Below the pieces are notes generated by a model. The model saw only the letters and a program-made list of their open reading frames with translations. It made no database searches and was not told the origin of the DNA. The translations under genes were made by a program, and so were the position numbers. A stretch of 64,000 nucleotides of DNA from positions 10,191,950 through 10,255,949 of the forward strand of contig NC_134026.1 of the NCBI RefSeq assembly GCF_964204645.1, given 5' to 3'. Shown one piece after another: positions 11,212 through 26,200 of this stretch. Within the stretch, counting starts at the first letter, position 1. The number at the start of each line of letters is the position of its first letter. The DNA comes from Tubulanus polymorphus (Eukaryota > Animalia > Nemertea).

Positions 11212-14200
11212 GTAAGAAAAAATGGGTGTTTGTTTCAAGACTATTACAGAAGACTCTGCCTCACTAAGATACTCAATGGCTTCTGGACTAGATATTTCAC
11301 TAAGTTGACCGGATAAAGAGATGAGAATCTCGGTAGAAAAATTTTTTCAATAGCTTTTAGGAAAATTGACTGGTACTGATTGAAGTGTAGTGTACTGTAT
11401 ACTGGTATCAACGATACTCGTGTTGGTACTACCAGCTTACCCATAGCCTAAAGCTTGTGATACTCAAGGCAAATTTCATTGGCTAATTTTACATTGTGCC
11501 AAGGGATGCGATGCAAACTAAGCACTTTTGATATCATTGTTGAATTTTAGTCACCGAATGCTCAATTCCCCAGTGAGTCACCTCCACGGATTAAATTCGG
11601 AAAATAATACATAGGTATTGAATCATGTGAGGTGAATCAGTCTTCGTGTTGCCTAAAAGTGCCAACCTTGTTCTCATTAGTTCACACACTAGCAAATTGA
11701 ATGAAGGAGCAGAATAATGTGCCTAGCCTTTCACAAGCTTAAGGTCTCAGTATATCTGTCTTTTCCCCTTTACCCATCTTATTGAAGAAAATGTATCATC
11801 CGAATTTCACCCAGTCCCAACTATGGCTACTTGGGGCACTCCGTACTATGTGAAACAGGAGTCATGATGGCTATATACCACTGGCACTAAGGTTCTCGTT
11901 GAAAACTGAATGAAATCAGTGAGTGACATTCTATTTATCACCCCTTATACCTCTATGCTATAAGCTACAGTACTCATAATGTAGCCCAAGAGTAATCCAA
12001 ACGTATTAATCGATTGCTCCTCAATTGTGCAATGAGAATTTAATTGTCTTGCCCAGGCACTTACTTCTAGTCGAAACAAATCTCTCCAAAAACCTTTATA
12101 CATCAAGAACTTCCGCAGGTTCACCTGGACCAATTTTTAGGCAAGCCATAGGCTGAGCCTATAACTATACAAATGAAGCGAATTTAAAAGACATGGGTTC
12201 TAGATGAAAAGCCTTTCGGCTGTGCAACCTATTTATACTAATCATGCATTCAAGCGTTATCCATTCTCCAATTCCTAGGAAGCCAAATTTTGAAAAAGGG
12301 CCTCATTAAGATTTACAGGAGGTTTTTCTAGAAAATCTGAACTCACTATCAGTTTCAAAAAGCAGCAATCAGAGAGCAAAACTTCATCTATGATTGGTTT
12401 AGCTGCAAAAATCAGGTGTTTACGTGAACCTGTGGTATTGTCTACAGTTTTGCTTCCGGGTTTTGTTTTAAGATTGTATTTCAAGATTGATTTCTGTGAT
12501 ATCAATAGTGATTTTGTATTTGGGAGGAATTTGCGCTTTGCGCAATGGTTGGGAAAAATAACTTTTTCTCAGATCGGATGGATGACCTTGATATGCTAAT
12601 CAGCCATGTGCTCGAATTGCAAATTCAATCAAATCTTATTCTACAAAAGAAATATCAAATCCAATTCTATTTTGTTTTATTGAACAAAATTACATCAAAT
12701 CCAATTTAATGTCATTCTGCATTGTTGCATTCACTTAATAAATGAGTGATATAAAAAAAAGTTTATTATCAGACGAGTTCATCGATATTTTCACTTTGTT
12801 TCTATCTTTATCCAATCCAGAGATATGAACGAAATAAAAATATTAAATGGGGAAAAAATAGGGACAAAAAATTCAACAATGCGGACCCGGTGGGTACCCA
12901 AAAAAATGGCGCCTGGAAACTGTGAAAAGGCTTATTCAATAAGACCAAGGGAAAAGATTGATCTCAGGTATTCATTCCTGCTACTTGTGTCCCAGTGGGC
13001 TATTATGTTCACTTGTCATCTGTTTTTTGATATAGTTATCTTTATTGTCATAATATCAACATAAGAAGTATAAGAATGGACCTCGCCACACGCAAATCGC
13101 ATTATGGGCGAGATAAAAGATGCAAATAACATAGCATACAATTAATGATACTGACAGTTAGATATTTCATACAAAAGAATATTATAGTACAGGTTTTACA
13201 AAATTTTAGAGATTGTTGCATCTCTCATAATTATTGAATATAAATGAGGCTGTTAGTGAGATTAAATTGTTATCGGTGGAGCAGTGCGTTTCAGGGGCGC
13301 CATATAGTAAGAATTTACATTTTCCAGACATATTTAGTGAATTGAAATACAGGCTGATGTTGATATCCAGGTTATTCAGTCTATTTAGAAGGTTATTAAT
13401 TGAAAGACGTTGGTAAGGCTGGTTGCATGATAAAAAGAAATGTTTAACGTCAAAGTGCTTGTTACAATGGTTGCAGTTCGGGCTACGTACAGGAAAATTG
13501 TGATTATACAGTTGAGATATGAGAAGGAGATCAGCATGCAATTGATTTAAACAGATTTTTTCTTTACGGCTTAGATTACCTAAATTAACAGTACTGACTA
13601 TATGTTTGCCTGTATTTTTAAAAGACACTTTAGTTTTAAAAAGCGACAACTCTGGTAAATTTCTAAAGTCATTTCTAGTAGAATTCCATACGGTTGCTTA
13701 TTTCACAGCAGGAGATGAACAATATTTGGCTGAGGATAAAAGAATAACATGTGGGTGGGCATTACAAAATTACGAGTGCTATAAGTTTGAAACTTAGAGA
13801 ATATTGAGCGTACATACGATGGGGAGGAATCATGGTTAACTTTAAACATATAAACTTTAGAGCACGTTCCGTGGGTCTGTTTTCAAGAGCTTGCCAGTTA
13901 AAAACTTTTAGAACTTTCAAACGGTTTGTCCCTCTCATGCACCCAGAAACTAATAAAGCAGCACTATATTGAAGTTGGTCAAGTTTTGTAAGGGCTTGTG
14001 TCGAAGCAGAAGTATATAATATCACAGTAATCAAAGTGGGGCATTATAAACGATCTGTACTTTTCGTCATCTGTGATTCTTCCATCCATAGTAGGCATTG
14101 GATCCAATTATTTTTGGGAAGTTTTGAAGATGCTTCAATGAATTGTCTGATATTTGGTTTATACATGTATCTACCCTAGACATATGTGCAGCCCAAAAAC

Positions 14201-17200
14201 TATGCAGAGTCTACTATAATAAAAGGTGGCAAAATTGAATAATGCCGCATTGAATTATGTTGTATTTAATTTTCTTCAGGTGGTGACAGTAAATATTTCG
14301 TTGACAACATTGTTAATTTCCATTTCGTTGAATCTGTGTTCGACTTGGCATTAGTTGCCGCCGTGAAATCGACCGTTGCATTCGCATTGTTGGAATTACT
14401 CGAGCTGAACTCGATGAAACAGATCGACGAACCGTTCAATTCGCAACTCCGCTGTAAGCTCATGTTGCTGCATTTTTCGCTATCGTTGCTATTGTTGTTT
14501 TGCGTCGTATTCACTTTTACGAAAGGTGGCTTCATTTTGTATGAACTCATACATAATGTAGACTATGTCCCGATGCGTATTACGTACAATGTTTTGTGTA
14601 TAAGCTGTCCGGCATTCGGGTTACTTGAGTTGCTGATGACATTGTGTAGTTTTAAAGCGATGCGCTCGTTGAAAACGCGGCGAATCAAACACATACTCAA
14701 TGACGACGGCCAGGAAATTGACGAAGACGGAAATGCGATCGAAAAGAAGGCAAATTTACGTCGACTTTTTAGCCTCGCGAAACCGGTAATGCACTCAATC
14801 TTGTTGCTTTTAGTAGTCAACCCTCTATTATCAACCAGCAGATTATCCTCCACCCTTGGTTTTGAGTCCATGTTTTGAATCCCTGATCACAAAAATTTAG
14901 TTCATTGTTTATCAGCTGTTTCTGTGATTCTGTGCTAGTGTATGTTGGCGGTTAAGAAACCCGGGGATGGGGGATCCAGACCATATTTACAAATTTGAAC
15001 TGTTTGGTGCTTTGCCTTTTAGTGGACTCATTGTATCCAGGTGCCTTTTATATGTGGAAAGGCACATGCCCTTGATTTTCCTCCAGATACTGTCCGAAAT
15101 GCCCCTAGGTCTGCTCATGTTACTCGTACTTAATAGTTGATTTAAACATGGAATTTTGGTGGTTATGCCCTCAAATATCCCTCAAATTTAAAAACGATGG
15201 TCTTGGAGGAACCCTGTACTGCAGCCTACAAAAGCTTGCAGTTAAGAATCGACTCCGATAGCTAAAACATTGGAAATAAACTGATTTAACTCTTGAGTAC
15301 TGATAATCATGGTATTTTTAATTCATGCATTTAATTTTTTTCAGGAACTACCTTTGTTGCTCACGGGTTGTTTCTGTTTGCTAGGATCGAGTGGTAGTCA
15401 AATGGTGGCGCCTTTATTCTTTGGAAAAGTAGTCGATGCTGCCTTAAAATCAATGGGTGAATTATCAAAATTCCTATCTGAATCTCGGAAAGAAATATTA
15501 CCCGAAAGTTTATCTACGCCATGATGAATATTTATGACATAGATGACTTAGTGTTATCCACTCACACAATATCCTAATTGTCATTGAAATTTATTATTAG
15601 AAAAACATGAAAATTCATTGAATAGAAAATGTCACGAAATTAAAGTTGTTACAAAATAGAATACGAAGTACAATATTCACAATCATAATTTTTATTTATG
15701 AAATGCCAATAATTGATAACCACCTGCACATTGACTCCTTTGATAATGCATATTTATTACAAATATATGAAATCATTATTCGAATGCCTTTTTTGGCGTC
15801 AAAAAACTATGGATCACTTTAGGATATATTTTTAATTTCTAGATTTTCTATTTCAGCCGAGTTGAACAAGACGGTTTTGATTCTTGTTGTTGTTTACATG
15901 GGTGGATCTGTATTTTCGATGTTACGGTCTTTCACATTTACTCTGGCTGGCCAGAGAGTCGTAGCTAGTCTACGAAAAGAGCTATTCAATCGGGTTATTA
16001 AACAGGATGTTGCATTTTTTGATACAAACAGGTATGACATGTCGAATGTAACCACACTTTACAGGCATAGTTCATACTTTCGTAATGAACTCAAATTTAA
16101 GTAGAGTAAAGCCTGTCGCACCTCTGAGAACTCTGAGTTGAAGCGATTGTTAGCTCAGTGAGTGCACAGCAGGCAATTGCAGGCAAGTTCGTCGTCAAAT
16201 TTCTAGCATGCCAGACAATGAGTGATCGTGTCATTAACAGTGACCACACAATGTTGATTTCCAGCTGATTCTCATTGCGACAAGTATCGGCAAAATCATC
16301 TTACGTACGGCAGCCTTAATTTCAATGAATCTTGCACCCTTTAAGCCAGGCTCAGATCGACCTTACGACGCGACTCAACTGTCGGCGACTATCGTAGATT
16401 GCACTCAGATCTAATTCAGCGATAATCGCCGACCAGTTACTATTGGTCGTAACGACGAGTCGGCGACTGGTTCCGTCGCGTCGTAGAAGTAGAACATGTT
16501 CAACTCCTGTGATTCAGTCGCCGATCGTGAAAAACTGTCGCACGACGGTCATAGCTAGACTCAGATCGACATTCCATTAAAAATTTGAAATCAACCAATT
16601 GTGCTTTTTGCGACTTTATGTGTATGTGTCATTATCCATCTTAGATTAAACTTACATAAACAAGTTTTATTCAAATGTAAATTCGAATTTATATTGATAG
16701 AACTGGAGAGTTAACTAATAGACTGTCATCAGATACTCAAGTTATTCAAAATGCGGTCACGGTAAGCGAGACCGAATTCTAACCCGCGGATTGATGATGG
16801 AATTCATCCTCAATTGGTTTCTTGCAAGTGCAGTTTATTGAATTTCTCAATGATTTTTGTATTGATAGGTGAACGTTTCCATGCTCTTGCGATTTTCGAT
16901 TCAAATAATTGGCTCACTAGCTTTCATGTTCGTTCTCAATCCAGCCTTAACTGGTATATTACTGGCTGTCGTACCTGTTATATCCATAGCGACTGTGAAC
17001 TATGGTAAGTATGTTCAGGCAGCTGCAAAACGTAGCCACAGCCATTACTATACAACATCAGAAAAACGTCCCAAAACATGTAACTGGCATCTTAGAATCT
17101 AACAAACACATTAGACCAGTTTGTAGCCATTAAGTACATGCATGAATCTTAGATGCTCAATAGCTCGTAGGTAGAAATTGGTTGTTGTATCACAAAAATA

Positions 17201-20200
17201 TCAAGATATTTCATTTGCGAAAATCACATATTCACAGAAATTACAAACACCATTTATCACTAGCCCTAAACAACTGAACATGCGTGGAATGTCCTGACTC
17301 TTTAAATTTTCCGTATATTAAAACCATTCTTGCAAATCAGCAGTTGTTGGGTTCTAAAGTATTGATTAGCTGCCTAATAAGGGAAATTATTTTCAAAATG
17401 ATTTATTGCATTATAACCATTTACACTAATTTATATTTTATGGTGAAAAATTTCCTGTTATATCAACTGAGCCAACATAGAAAATGCTGTTCAAGACACA
17501 GGCCTGACACAACCAGAATTATCCTTAACCCTTTTTTCGGAACTAGCCTATATGTAAAAACAGTTATATGGTACATGTACTTAGAATACTGAGGGTAAAT
17601 GAAATGGTGTCAGACACCCCTGTGCTGATGTTATTTTTACCTACAGTATCAAGTCCTATATCTGTCATCCATCCATTCTTCCATTAGATAGATTCCAGTC
17701 AAGATGGCAGCTTTTGCTGATATTGGCATGTTTACACATTTTTGAAGATTTCAAGGGATGTTTTGAAGATGCTTTTATCAATGGTTTGATATTTGGGTAT
17801 TGCCCTCTAGGGCCCATCATTATAAGAAAAACTAGGTCAATCATGCACAAGATGGCAGCCCTGTGACCTTTTTGAATCCAAAAAAGATCCGTAGCTTGAT
17901 AATGGTTTGTTTTTTATTTGAAATTTGGGATTACTATATAAAGGATTCTTACAATTCAGACGGCTTTTTAACCAGTAAATACACAATTAGTGGCCACCTT
18001 AGTCTCATCAGTTCTCATGGGTAGATGTCAAAGAGGTTTTTTAAGGAAAATGATGTATCAGATTTGCTGTTACTTAGTTACATGTATTTGCATCGGTGAA
18101 AACCTGAAAATGCAATACAATCCACTAAATTATCTTTAGGGCATTTGGAAAGTTAATTGCTATTGCATTTCACCAAGAAAGCTTGGTGTCCCATTTGTGA
18201 AAATAAATGACTTGCTAGCGTGACGCCCTAAAGTTCAGCCCTCCCATAGCAGATATCTTTTAGCAACTTATGCTTTGCCCAGAACCATTATCATTCATTG
18301 CAGAGATGTTTTATTGCCTATTATTGTATCTAATCTGTATAATTTGTTTCAAATTGTTTGTTGCTTCTCTATCAAATAATAAAGGTAAATACGTAAAACG
18401 GCTGAGAGAAAAATTTCAAAACAGATTGGCAGATGCAAGTACAGTGGCTGAAGAGTGTCTTTCAAGCGTACGCACTGTGAGAACTTTTAACTGCGAAGCC
18501 AAATCAATGAACAGTTATGGAGAATTTATAAATGCCAGTTATAAAGTTGGGAAATCATTATCAATTGCTCAGGGTAAGTACTCACAGGATTTTTTTTATG
18601 GACATTATCCAAGTCGTTCTTGTGATGGTCTGAGTGATATGCTTAGTTTCAACCACTTTTGAATGAAACTCAATTTTAGAAAGTTGTGATCGCATCAGTT
18701 TGTATAAGTGAAACTTCTTCAGATTCCTTGACGTATCGGCCCCACTCCGCGCGGTTGCGCCACCGCGCGGGATTTACGCGAAGCAGCAGAACACAAACAT
18801 GGCCACTCTCAATTTTCAATGATAGAAATCGTGTGTGCATTTCAATTATTTCGGCTGTTAGGGTTTAAAAGCACAATATAAGTTGATGATGTGATATGGC
18901 GATGTTAATTAATGATAATTCTGCAGTGAAGCTAGGCACGAACGGTGCCGATTGAGTGTACAGCTGCCAAAAACACTGAAATGTGCGTAGTTGCGTAACT
19001 ATTTGCAGTGAATTGCAGACGAAACATGAAGCCTTAACGGCCGTTTGAAAAAAGAATTATACCAATCGCAATTGTAAAATAAAAATGAGATAGAACCTAA
19101 GTTAAAATTCTGGCCATTTCTAAAATGTTATTACGAATTTTTAGTCAGTGCAGAACGTTTAGTTTTCCAACAATAAGGAGGGGTGGTAGGTAGTCATGCA
19201 ATTCAAGTCATCATTTATTACATGTTACTTCCGTGTTGTTGAAAATCTCGCGAGTCCTGGACCAAACCCCAATGAACAATGTGATCTGTGTGCTGGCCAC
19301 AAATGCACACAGATCACACTACACTACCCATTACACACTCCAGTACCCACAGCTTTCATATATCCATCCAAATATTTAGTGTCTTTCTTCCTGGATCCAC
19401 TTTTTATGCTATATACCTTGGAGCTCAGGACTTATGCACAAGCTGTGTTTAAGAAATACTGTTTCAATCTGTCTAAATTGGGTTCAGTAACTGATTATTT
19501 TATTGTTATTCTACATAAAAAGATTTGAAAAATCTGGAAAATCATGTGAAAATGCAAAAAAATTCTGGTATTTTGAAAATCCAATAGAAGGATGTGAATA
19601 AACCTAAAAATTCCAGTTTGTCAATCTGACTCCTGAGGTGGTAAAAGTCAGTTATGTTAAAAGAAAGTTGCAATGTCAAATTATATTCAAAGTGAAAGCT
19701 TTAAGGCATGTGTATCTAATACTGATGGCTCAGAAAATATCCAAGTATAGAATTCAGAGTCATCCTAAGCATGCCATTATTTTGGGGTCAGCTTAGATTT
19801 TCCATCTGTATTTTCTTATCTTTCACTATCATGATGATGTATGGATATGTACATTAGCCACGTTTACAGACTGGTCTAAGTTCGTCCATAGGCCTACCTA
19901 CAACGATCCAATGTTAGAACATACCGAATGAGAGTGTACATTCGCCCAGTCTAAGTTGGAATGGATCAAATAATGTAGTTTGAACACGACTATTGTGTAA
20001 TTTTTCTGTTAGGTTTTGTATTTATTACGCCTGTACAGCACTGCCTTGTTTCATGAAATGGATGAAATCAATTTACTTAAAATACTGCAGTACGTCTGTA
20101 ACGTAATAGTTATTCATATTTAAGAGAGTATTGTGTATATTTTTCATATTTTAATCATTTTAATCATATCTCAAAAAGCGTTCATGGAAACTATGAAACT

Positions 20201-23200
20201 GTTTTAGGATCATTTGATGGCGCAATTGGATTTATGGCTTATGGTGCAATATGTTTAGTTTTATGGTATGGTGGAAAGCTGGTTAATGAAGGAACTGTCT
20301 CACCGGGAACACTTACATGTAAGTTTGTTTTGTTGACTGTTTACGTATACCCCGGTATATTTGAGGAAGTTTAAAGACTTATCGTATCATAAACCCTGGA
20401 TGCAAACTACCAACTACCTTCATCAATATTTACAACATACCACAGTTATTTACCGATATATCTTACAAAATAATGCCCTTTACCCAGAAATCAGTTAGCT
20501 TTTCTTATGCTCCATATTTAGCCACTGGGTTGAATAAGGAATAAGGCATGAAATTGTATCCGCCCATGTCAGTTATTTGAACCTAATTGCATGGAGAGAC
20601 TCTGCCATGATGTGAATATCTGCCTAAAGAGCCCCATTTAACCTATGATTTCATTATCAGAATCTTTTTAGCTTAGGTTATTCAATCTATGTATTTGTCT
20701 TAGTGAATGTGAAATAGACAAAATCTGATTGGCACTGCAATGTTTTACTGCAGCTAAGCTGTGCACTTGGGCTTTTAGTCAGGGTTTATGCAAGTACCGG
20801 TACAGTTGGTGGCCGAGGGAGAATGTGAAAAAAGTGTAAACAGGGCTTTAATTAGTTTAAAGAATAATTCAGATATATTTGTAATTTTAGCATTCCTTTT
20901 GTACACACTGCAAATAGCAATGGCATTTGCAATGGTATCTTCTCTATATGGTGACTTTATGCAAGTAAGTTCCAAAATTAAGTGAGGACCAAAATTAAGT
21001 ACCCGAATACATGAACTCTACTCTTTATTAGTGTTCTCATATCATTGCATGTACAGTGAAACTTGCTGAAGTCAGAAAACCGGATTATTGGGAAAGAATT
21101 TCTATGTCCAGAATTTTCCAGTTCATTCCCCTACCGGTATTAACATTTTTTTAGCCAGATTTTAAGAATATTCCATAATTTATTTTTAGGCTGTAGGTGC
21201 GTCAGTACGTATATTCACATTATTAGATCGCATTCCAAAGGTGCCCAGTGAAGGTGGTATATATCCTCAGGAAAAATTAGTAGCTAGTGTAGATTTCCGA
21301 AGCGTTCGCTTTACATATCCATCAAGACCTGAAACTGAAGTCCTTAAGGTAAAATTATTATTAAGAAAATACGTATATTACTGTAAAAACCTATCTGTTG
21401 ATTAATGAGGGACATTAAGTTTTATAGGAAAGAATTGGATGCATTTTTTATGTATGTATAGGATCTTGATATTTGGTTTATATACGTACCGGTATCTACT
21501 GGCCTGATAAGAATCAAGATTTACATAGACCCCTAGTTATACTTTGTGTTGCATATTACAGGGAGTGACGTTTTCAGTGCAGCCAGGTGAAGTTGTGGCA
21601 CTTGTTGGACCTTCAGGTGGAGGAAAATCGACTATAGTGAGTCTGATCGAGCGGTTCTACGATCCTGATAGTGGCAGTGTATCTATCGGTGGTATGAGCG
21701 TCAGTTCATTGAATCCAAAATGGTTTCGACAACACATGTCCATGGTCAGTCAGGAGCCTACGTTATTCGCTTGTTCAATTAAAGAGAATATAGCATATGG
21801 TCGTGAAGCCACAGATGATGAGGTGAGGGATTGCACAAGGAGTTAGAACATTCTGTATCCTTCTAATTTTCAATGAGTTATTTCGTTCATGGTTACTGTA
21901 CATGTATGTGTCTTTCAGATAATCGAAGTTGCAAAGAAGGCGAATGCACATGAGTTTATAAGTACTTTCGACGAGGGTTACAAAACTACCGTTGGTGAGA
22001 GGGGAGTTCGTTTGTCTGGAGGGCAAAAACAGAGAATCGCCATAGCTAGGGCTTTGATAATGAATCCTAGTATTCTCTTGCTCGATGAGGTTTGTTGATT
22101 ATTTGATGGCTTTTAGGCTAAAAAAATGATACCTTGTTTCTCATACCCCAGCCAGGTCAGATAAATTAACGGTTAAAATCGTTTTTTAAATCATCAAAAT
22201 AAAAACCGAGCGGGCGGGTCAATATAAGGAGTATATGATAATGATTTTACTTGTTTAAAATCAGAAGCTGAGTAGTGTGAGGTCGGGACTCAAACCTACT
22301 ACAACACTCCTATTCTAGTATCTAGCTCTTGCTCCGGAACCCGTAACATCGACTGGTATTCAGACTAGTCCACTCCATGCGCATCATTTCAACAATATCG
22401 AAATGATTGTGTGTATTTCGGTTAGCAAAGGGGGCAAATGAACAATTTTGACTTCAACTCTTGTTACTTAGAAAATCATTATTTTTGAAGTTGTAATTCA
22501 AAAATCAGAATTAGTTTGTAGACATAAGGTAATTTTCGTTCATGCCTTTTTTTGATAGTTTGACTTTATTTTATTTTCATAATATATGGAAATATACAGG
22601 TTTGCTTAAGTACATAACATATAAATTTGCAGCAACACCAAGAGAAATATTAGCAGAAAGGTCAAGTCATATATTAAATTATTGAGGAAGTTAATACACA
22701 ATAATATAGTAGCAAAACAAATACAATAGCAAGCAATAATAAATAACAATAAATAATAATAAACAGCAAAATAATAATAGTTACCTAAATAGAAAATTGG
22801 TGGTCATAGATGAATTTAGCAGTATTCCAAATGACTATGGAATTAATATTAAATGTAAACTTTGAATCACCAAAAAGGAGGAATTGACATTTTTCATATA
22901 AGGATTTTGAAGCGAAAAAAATTGGCAAATCATGAGATATTTCATCAAGACTAGTAAGGAGTGATTGAATATGACGTCGATGAGGGTTATGCCGGCACTG
23001 AATTAAAAAAGTGGTTTGTAATAATTTGACATTACAGAAATAACAGTGAGGGTTTATAGTAGAAAAGTTGTGGTCATACAAGTGGGAACGAAGAAAAAGG
23101 TCAGCTCTTAGTCGATTTAGGCATATCTCCTCTTTACGGTTTAGATTAGGGAGCATCGTAGTAGATGAAATTTGTTTGTTTTTCCTATAACAAATCTTGC

Positions 23201-26200
23201 TCTTAAATTGAGAGAATGTGGGAATTGAACGGATATTTGAGTCTATGTTATTCCAAACTCTGATTAGGTTGAGTAATAGAGAATTAAGTAATTTGGCACT
23301 TGAGTTTGGTGGGATACGAAAGGGTAGAATATTTCTGAAAATTCTTGATTATTTCGATACCTTTGGAATAGAGAAGATACGTAAGGAGGAGACATGCCCT
23401 TATCGAGCTTAAACATGAAAAGTAGCTGATGTTCTTTACATCTAGCCGAAAGAAACTGCCAATTTAAGATTTAAGTGCTTTGGCAGTGTTTGACCCGTGT
23501 ATACATCCAGACACATAAGTAGCTGCTCTATAGTGGAGGCTCTCCATTTTATTTAAATAAACCATATTTGCACTATCATACAGAATATCGCAATACTCAT
23601 AATGTGGGTAGATAAACGAATAGTATATAGTATTAAGGTGGACAGACTTAAGCTTATGAGATAATAGCCTTAAGGGATTTAAAAGTTTCTTTACTTTTTC
23701 TGTTATATATTCAACGTGAGGTTTAAAGGATAAATTACTGTCAAGCACAAAACCTAAGTGTTTATGTGTAAAACTACTCATAATTATGGTATCGTCTAAA
23801 AAGAGTGAATTATAGTCCGGGTACCGCGTTTTGAGAACACAATGTCGCAGCTTTTGCTGGGTTTAAATGTAAGACACCAGCGGCGGGCCCAGCTAGCAAT
23901 TTGATTTAGGTCCTCCTGTAAGATGGCGTTACCTATGAACAGATTATTTCAATCAGTGGTTTGATAAATGGAAGTGTCATCTGCATATAAGTATGTTGAG
24001 GATGACAATTCGTCAGGTAAATCGTTAATATGTAACAGAAGAAGTAATGGACCCAAAATTGAACACTGGGGCACAGAGCAGTTTATATGGTTTTCGGGTG
24101 AAAGTTCCGAAAGACTACCTTTTACACGTACCCTGATTCTCCTATTTTGAAGATAACTGTATAAAATATAGCTGCAAAGCAGCGATAACGGGTTTTCTGC
24201 ACAGTCTTAGAATCCTGTTCAACGGTGGATTTCAACAAAGCATTTGATAAGGCTCAACATCAGCCATTACTAAACAGGCTATTAGGAAACAGTATCAATG
24301 ATAGGTCGCCCAAATGGCTCAGCAGTTATCTCTGAACGGAAACTTGTAACCGAAATCAACGGAACGCCTCATCTTGGATTGAGACGGTCTAACTAGTGGA
24401 GTCACGCAAGGTAGTATCCTAAGTCGTCTTCTGTTTAATGTCCTGACAAATGACATACACAGTAATCCAAAATATACCAGACCGAGTAAATTTCCAAAAC
24501 GACCTAAACACTGTTCGACCAAAAAACTTAATGTTCCGACAAAACCACGGGTGACAAAACCAAAATTATGAATTGTCGCGGGTGACAAAACCAAAATATT
24601 GAATTGTCACGGGCGACAAAACAAAAATAATGAATTGTCGCGGGCGATAAAACCAAAATAATGAATTGTCGGGGGCGATAAAACCAAAATATTGAATTGT
24701 CGCAGGCGATAAAACCAAAATAATGAATTGTCGCAGACGACAAAAACAAAATATTGAATTGTTGCGTGCGACAAAACCAAAATAATGAATTGTCGCGGGC
24801 GTCAAAACCAAACTAGGGGTCCAGGGACACCATGCTCACTTGGGAAGTGGTTTCAAATGCTCAACAATCTAACAATTTCAATACATAACGCCCTCTAGTG
24901 ACCATATACAAAAACCAATGACCTTGAAACCCACCACAATCATAGAACATGTGAGCAGCTATGATTTTGTAATCGATTGTGATAACAAAATATGCCTCGT
25001 TACCAATTTAATATGGAAATACTAAGTTATTCTACTATTCAACGCCCCCTGGTGACCATATGCAAAACCCAATGACCTTAAAACTCACCCCAATCGTAGT
25101 ACATGTCATGAAATACAACTTTGCAATTGATCATAGTACCAAAATATGCCTAGGTACCAATCTAATAAGGAAATACTAAGCCATTCTACTATTCAACGCC
25201 CCCTGGTGACTGTATGGAATAACTAATGTCCTTAAAAACTCACCACAATCATAGACGATGTCATGAACTACAACTTTGCAATTGATCATGGTAACAAAAT
25301 ATGGTTGGTACAAATATAGCAATACTAAGTTATTGTATTATTCAACGCCCCCTGATGGCCACATACAAAAACCAATGACCTTGGAACTCACCAAAATCAT
25401 AGAACACGTTATGGGCTACAACTTTCCAATTGAATATAGTAACACAATATGCTTAGGTATCAATTTAATGTGGAAAAACTTTTTCCCACCTACGAATGAG
25501 TACTGATGACACCAAGATGGCCGCCAATTGCGTCATAATTGGCTGATCAAAGATGCCTGTCCCAGGTATAAAACATCCCTCTCTAAAGAATACCCATCAG
25601 CAATTGCATTGAGAAATGGCAAACCAGTAGGAAGCTACGTGACCTAGAATTCTGGCCAAAATTGACATTTTTGGGCACTAAAAAGGTCATAGGACGGCCA
25701 TCTTGAGTCAGATCGACCCAATTTTCTTATGCTGATGGGCCTTTTGTAGATTCAAATATAAACGAAACATCAAGGTAATTGATCAAAGCGTCTTCAAAAT
25801 TTCCCACGAAAACTTCGAAAATGTTTAAAAAGTGCTGATTTTGGCAAACAACAATGGCTGCCAGTCGGCCATCATGAATCTGACAGGGCCAGTTTTTGGG
25901 CTGACGATGTGTCTAGGGTAGATACATGTATAAACCAAATATCAAGACATTACCTTGAAGCGTCTTCAAAACTTCCCAAAATAACTGGATTCCGTCTATG
26001 GACGGACGGACGGAAGAAAAGTGAACGCAATAGCCCGCTGGGACTAAAGTCCCAAGTGGACTGAAAAATAATTGTCGCGGGTGACAAAACCAAAATATTG
26101 AATTGTCGCGGGCGACAAAACCAAACTAATGAATTGTCGCGGGCGGCAAAACCAAACTAATGAATTGTCGCGGGCGATAAAACCAAACTAATGAATTGTC

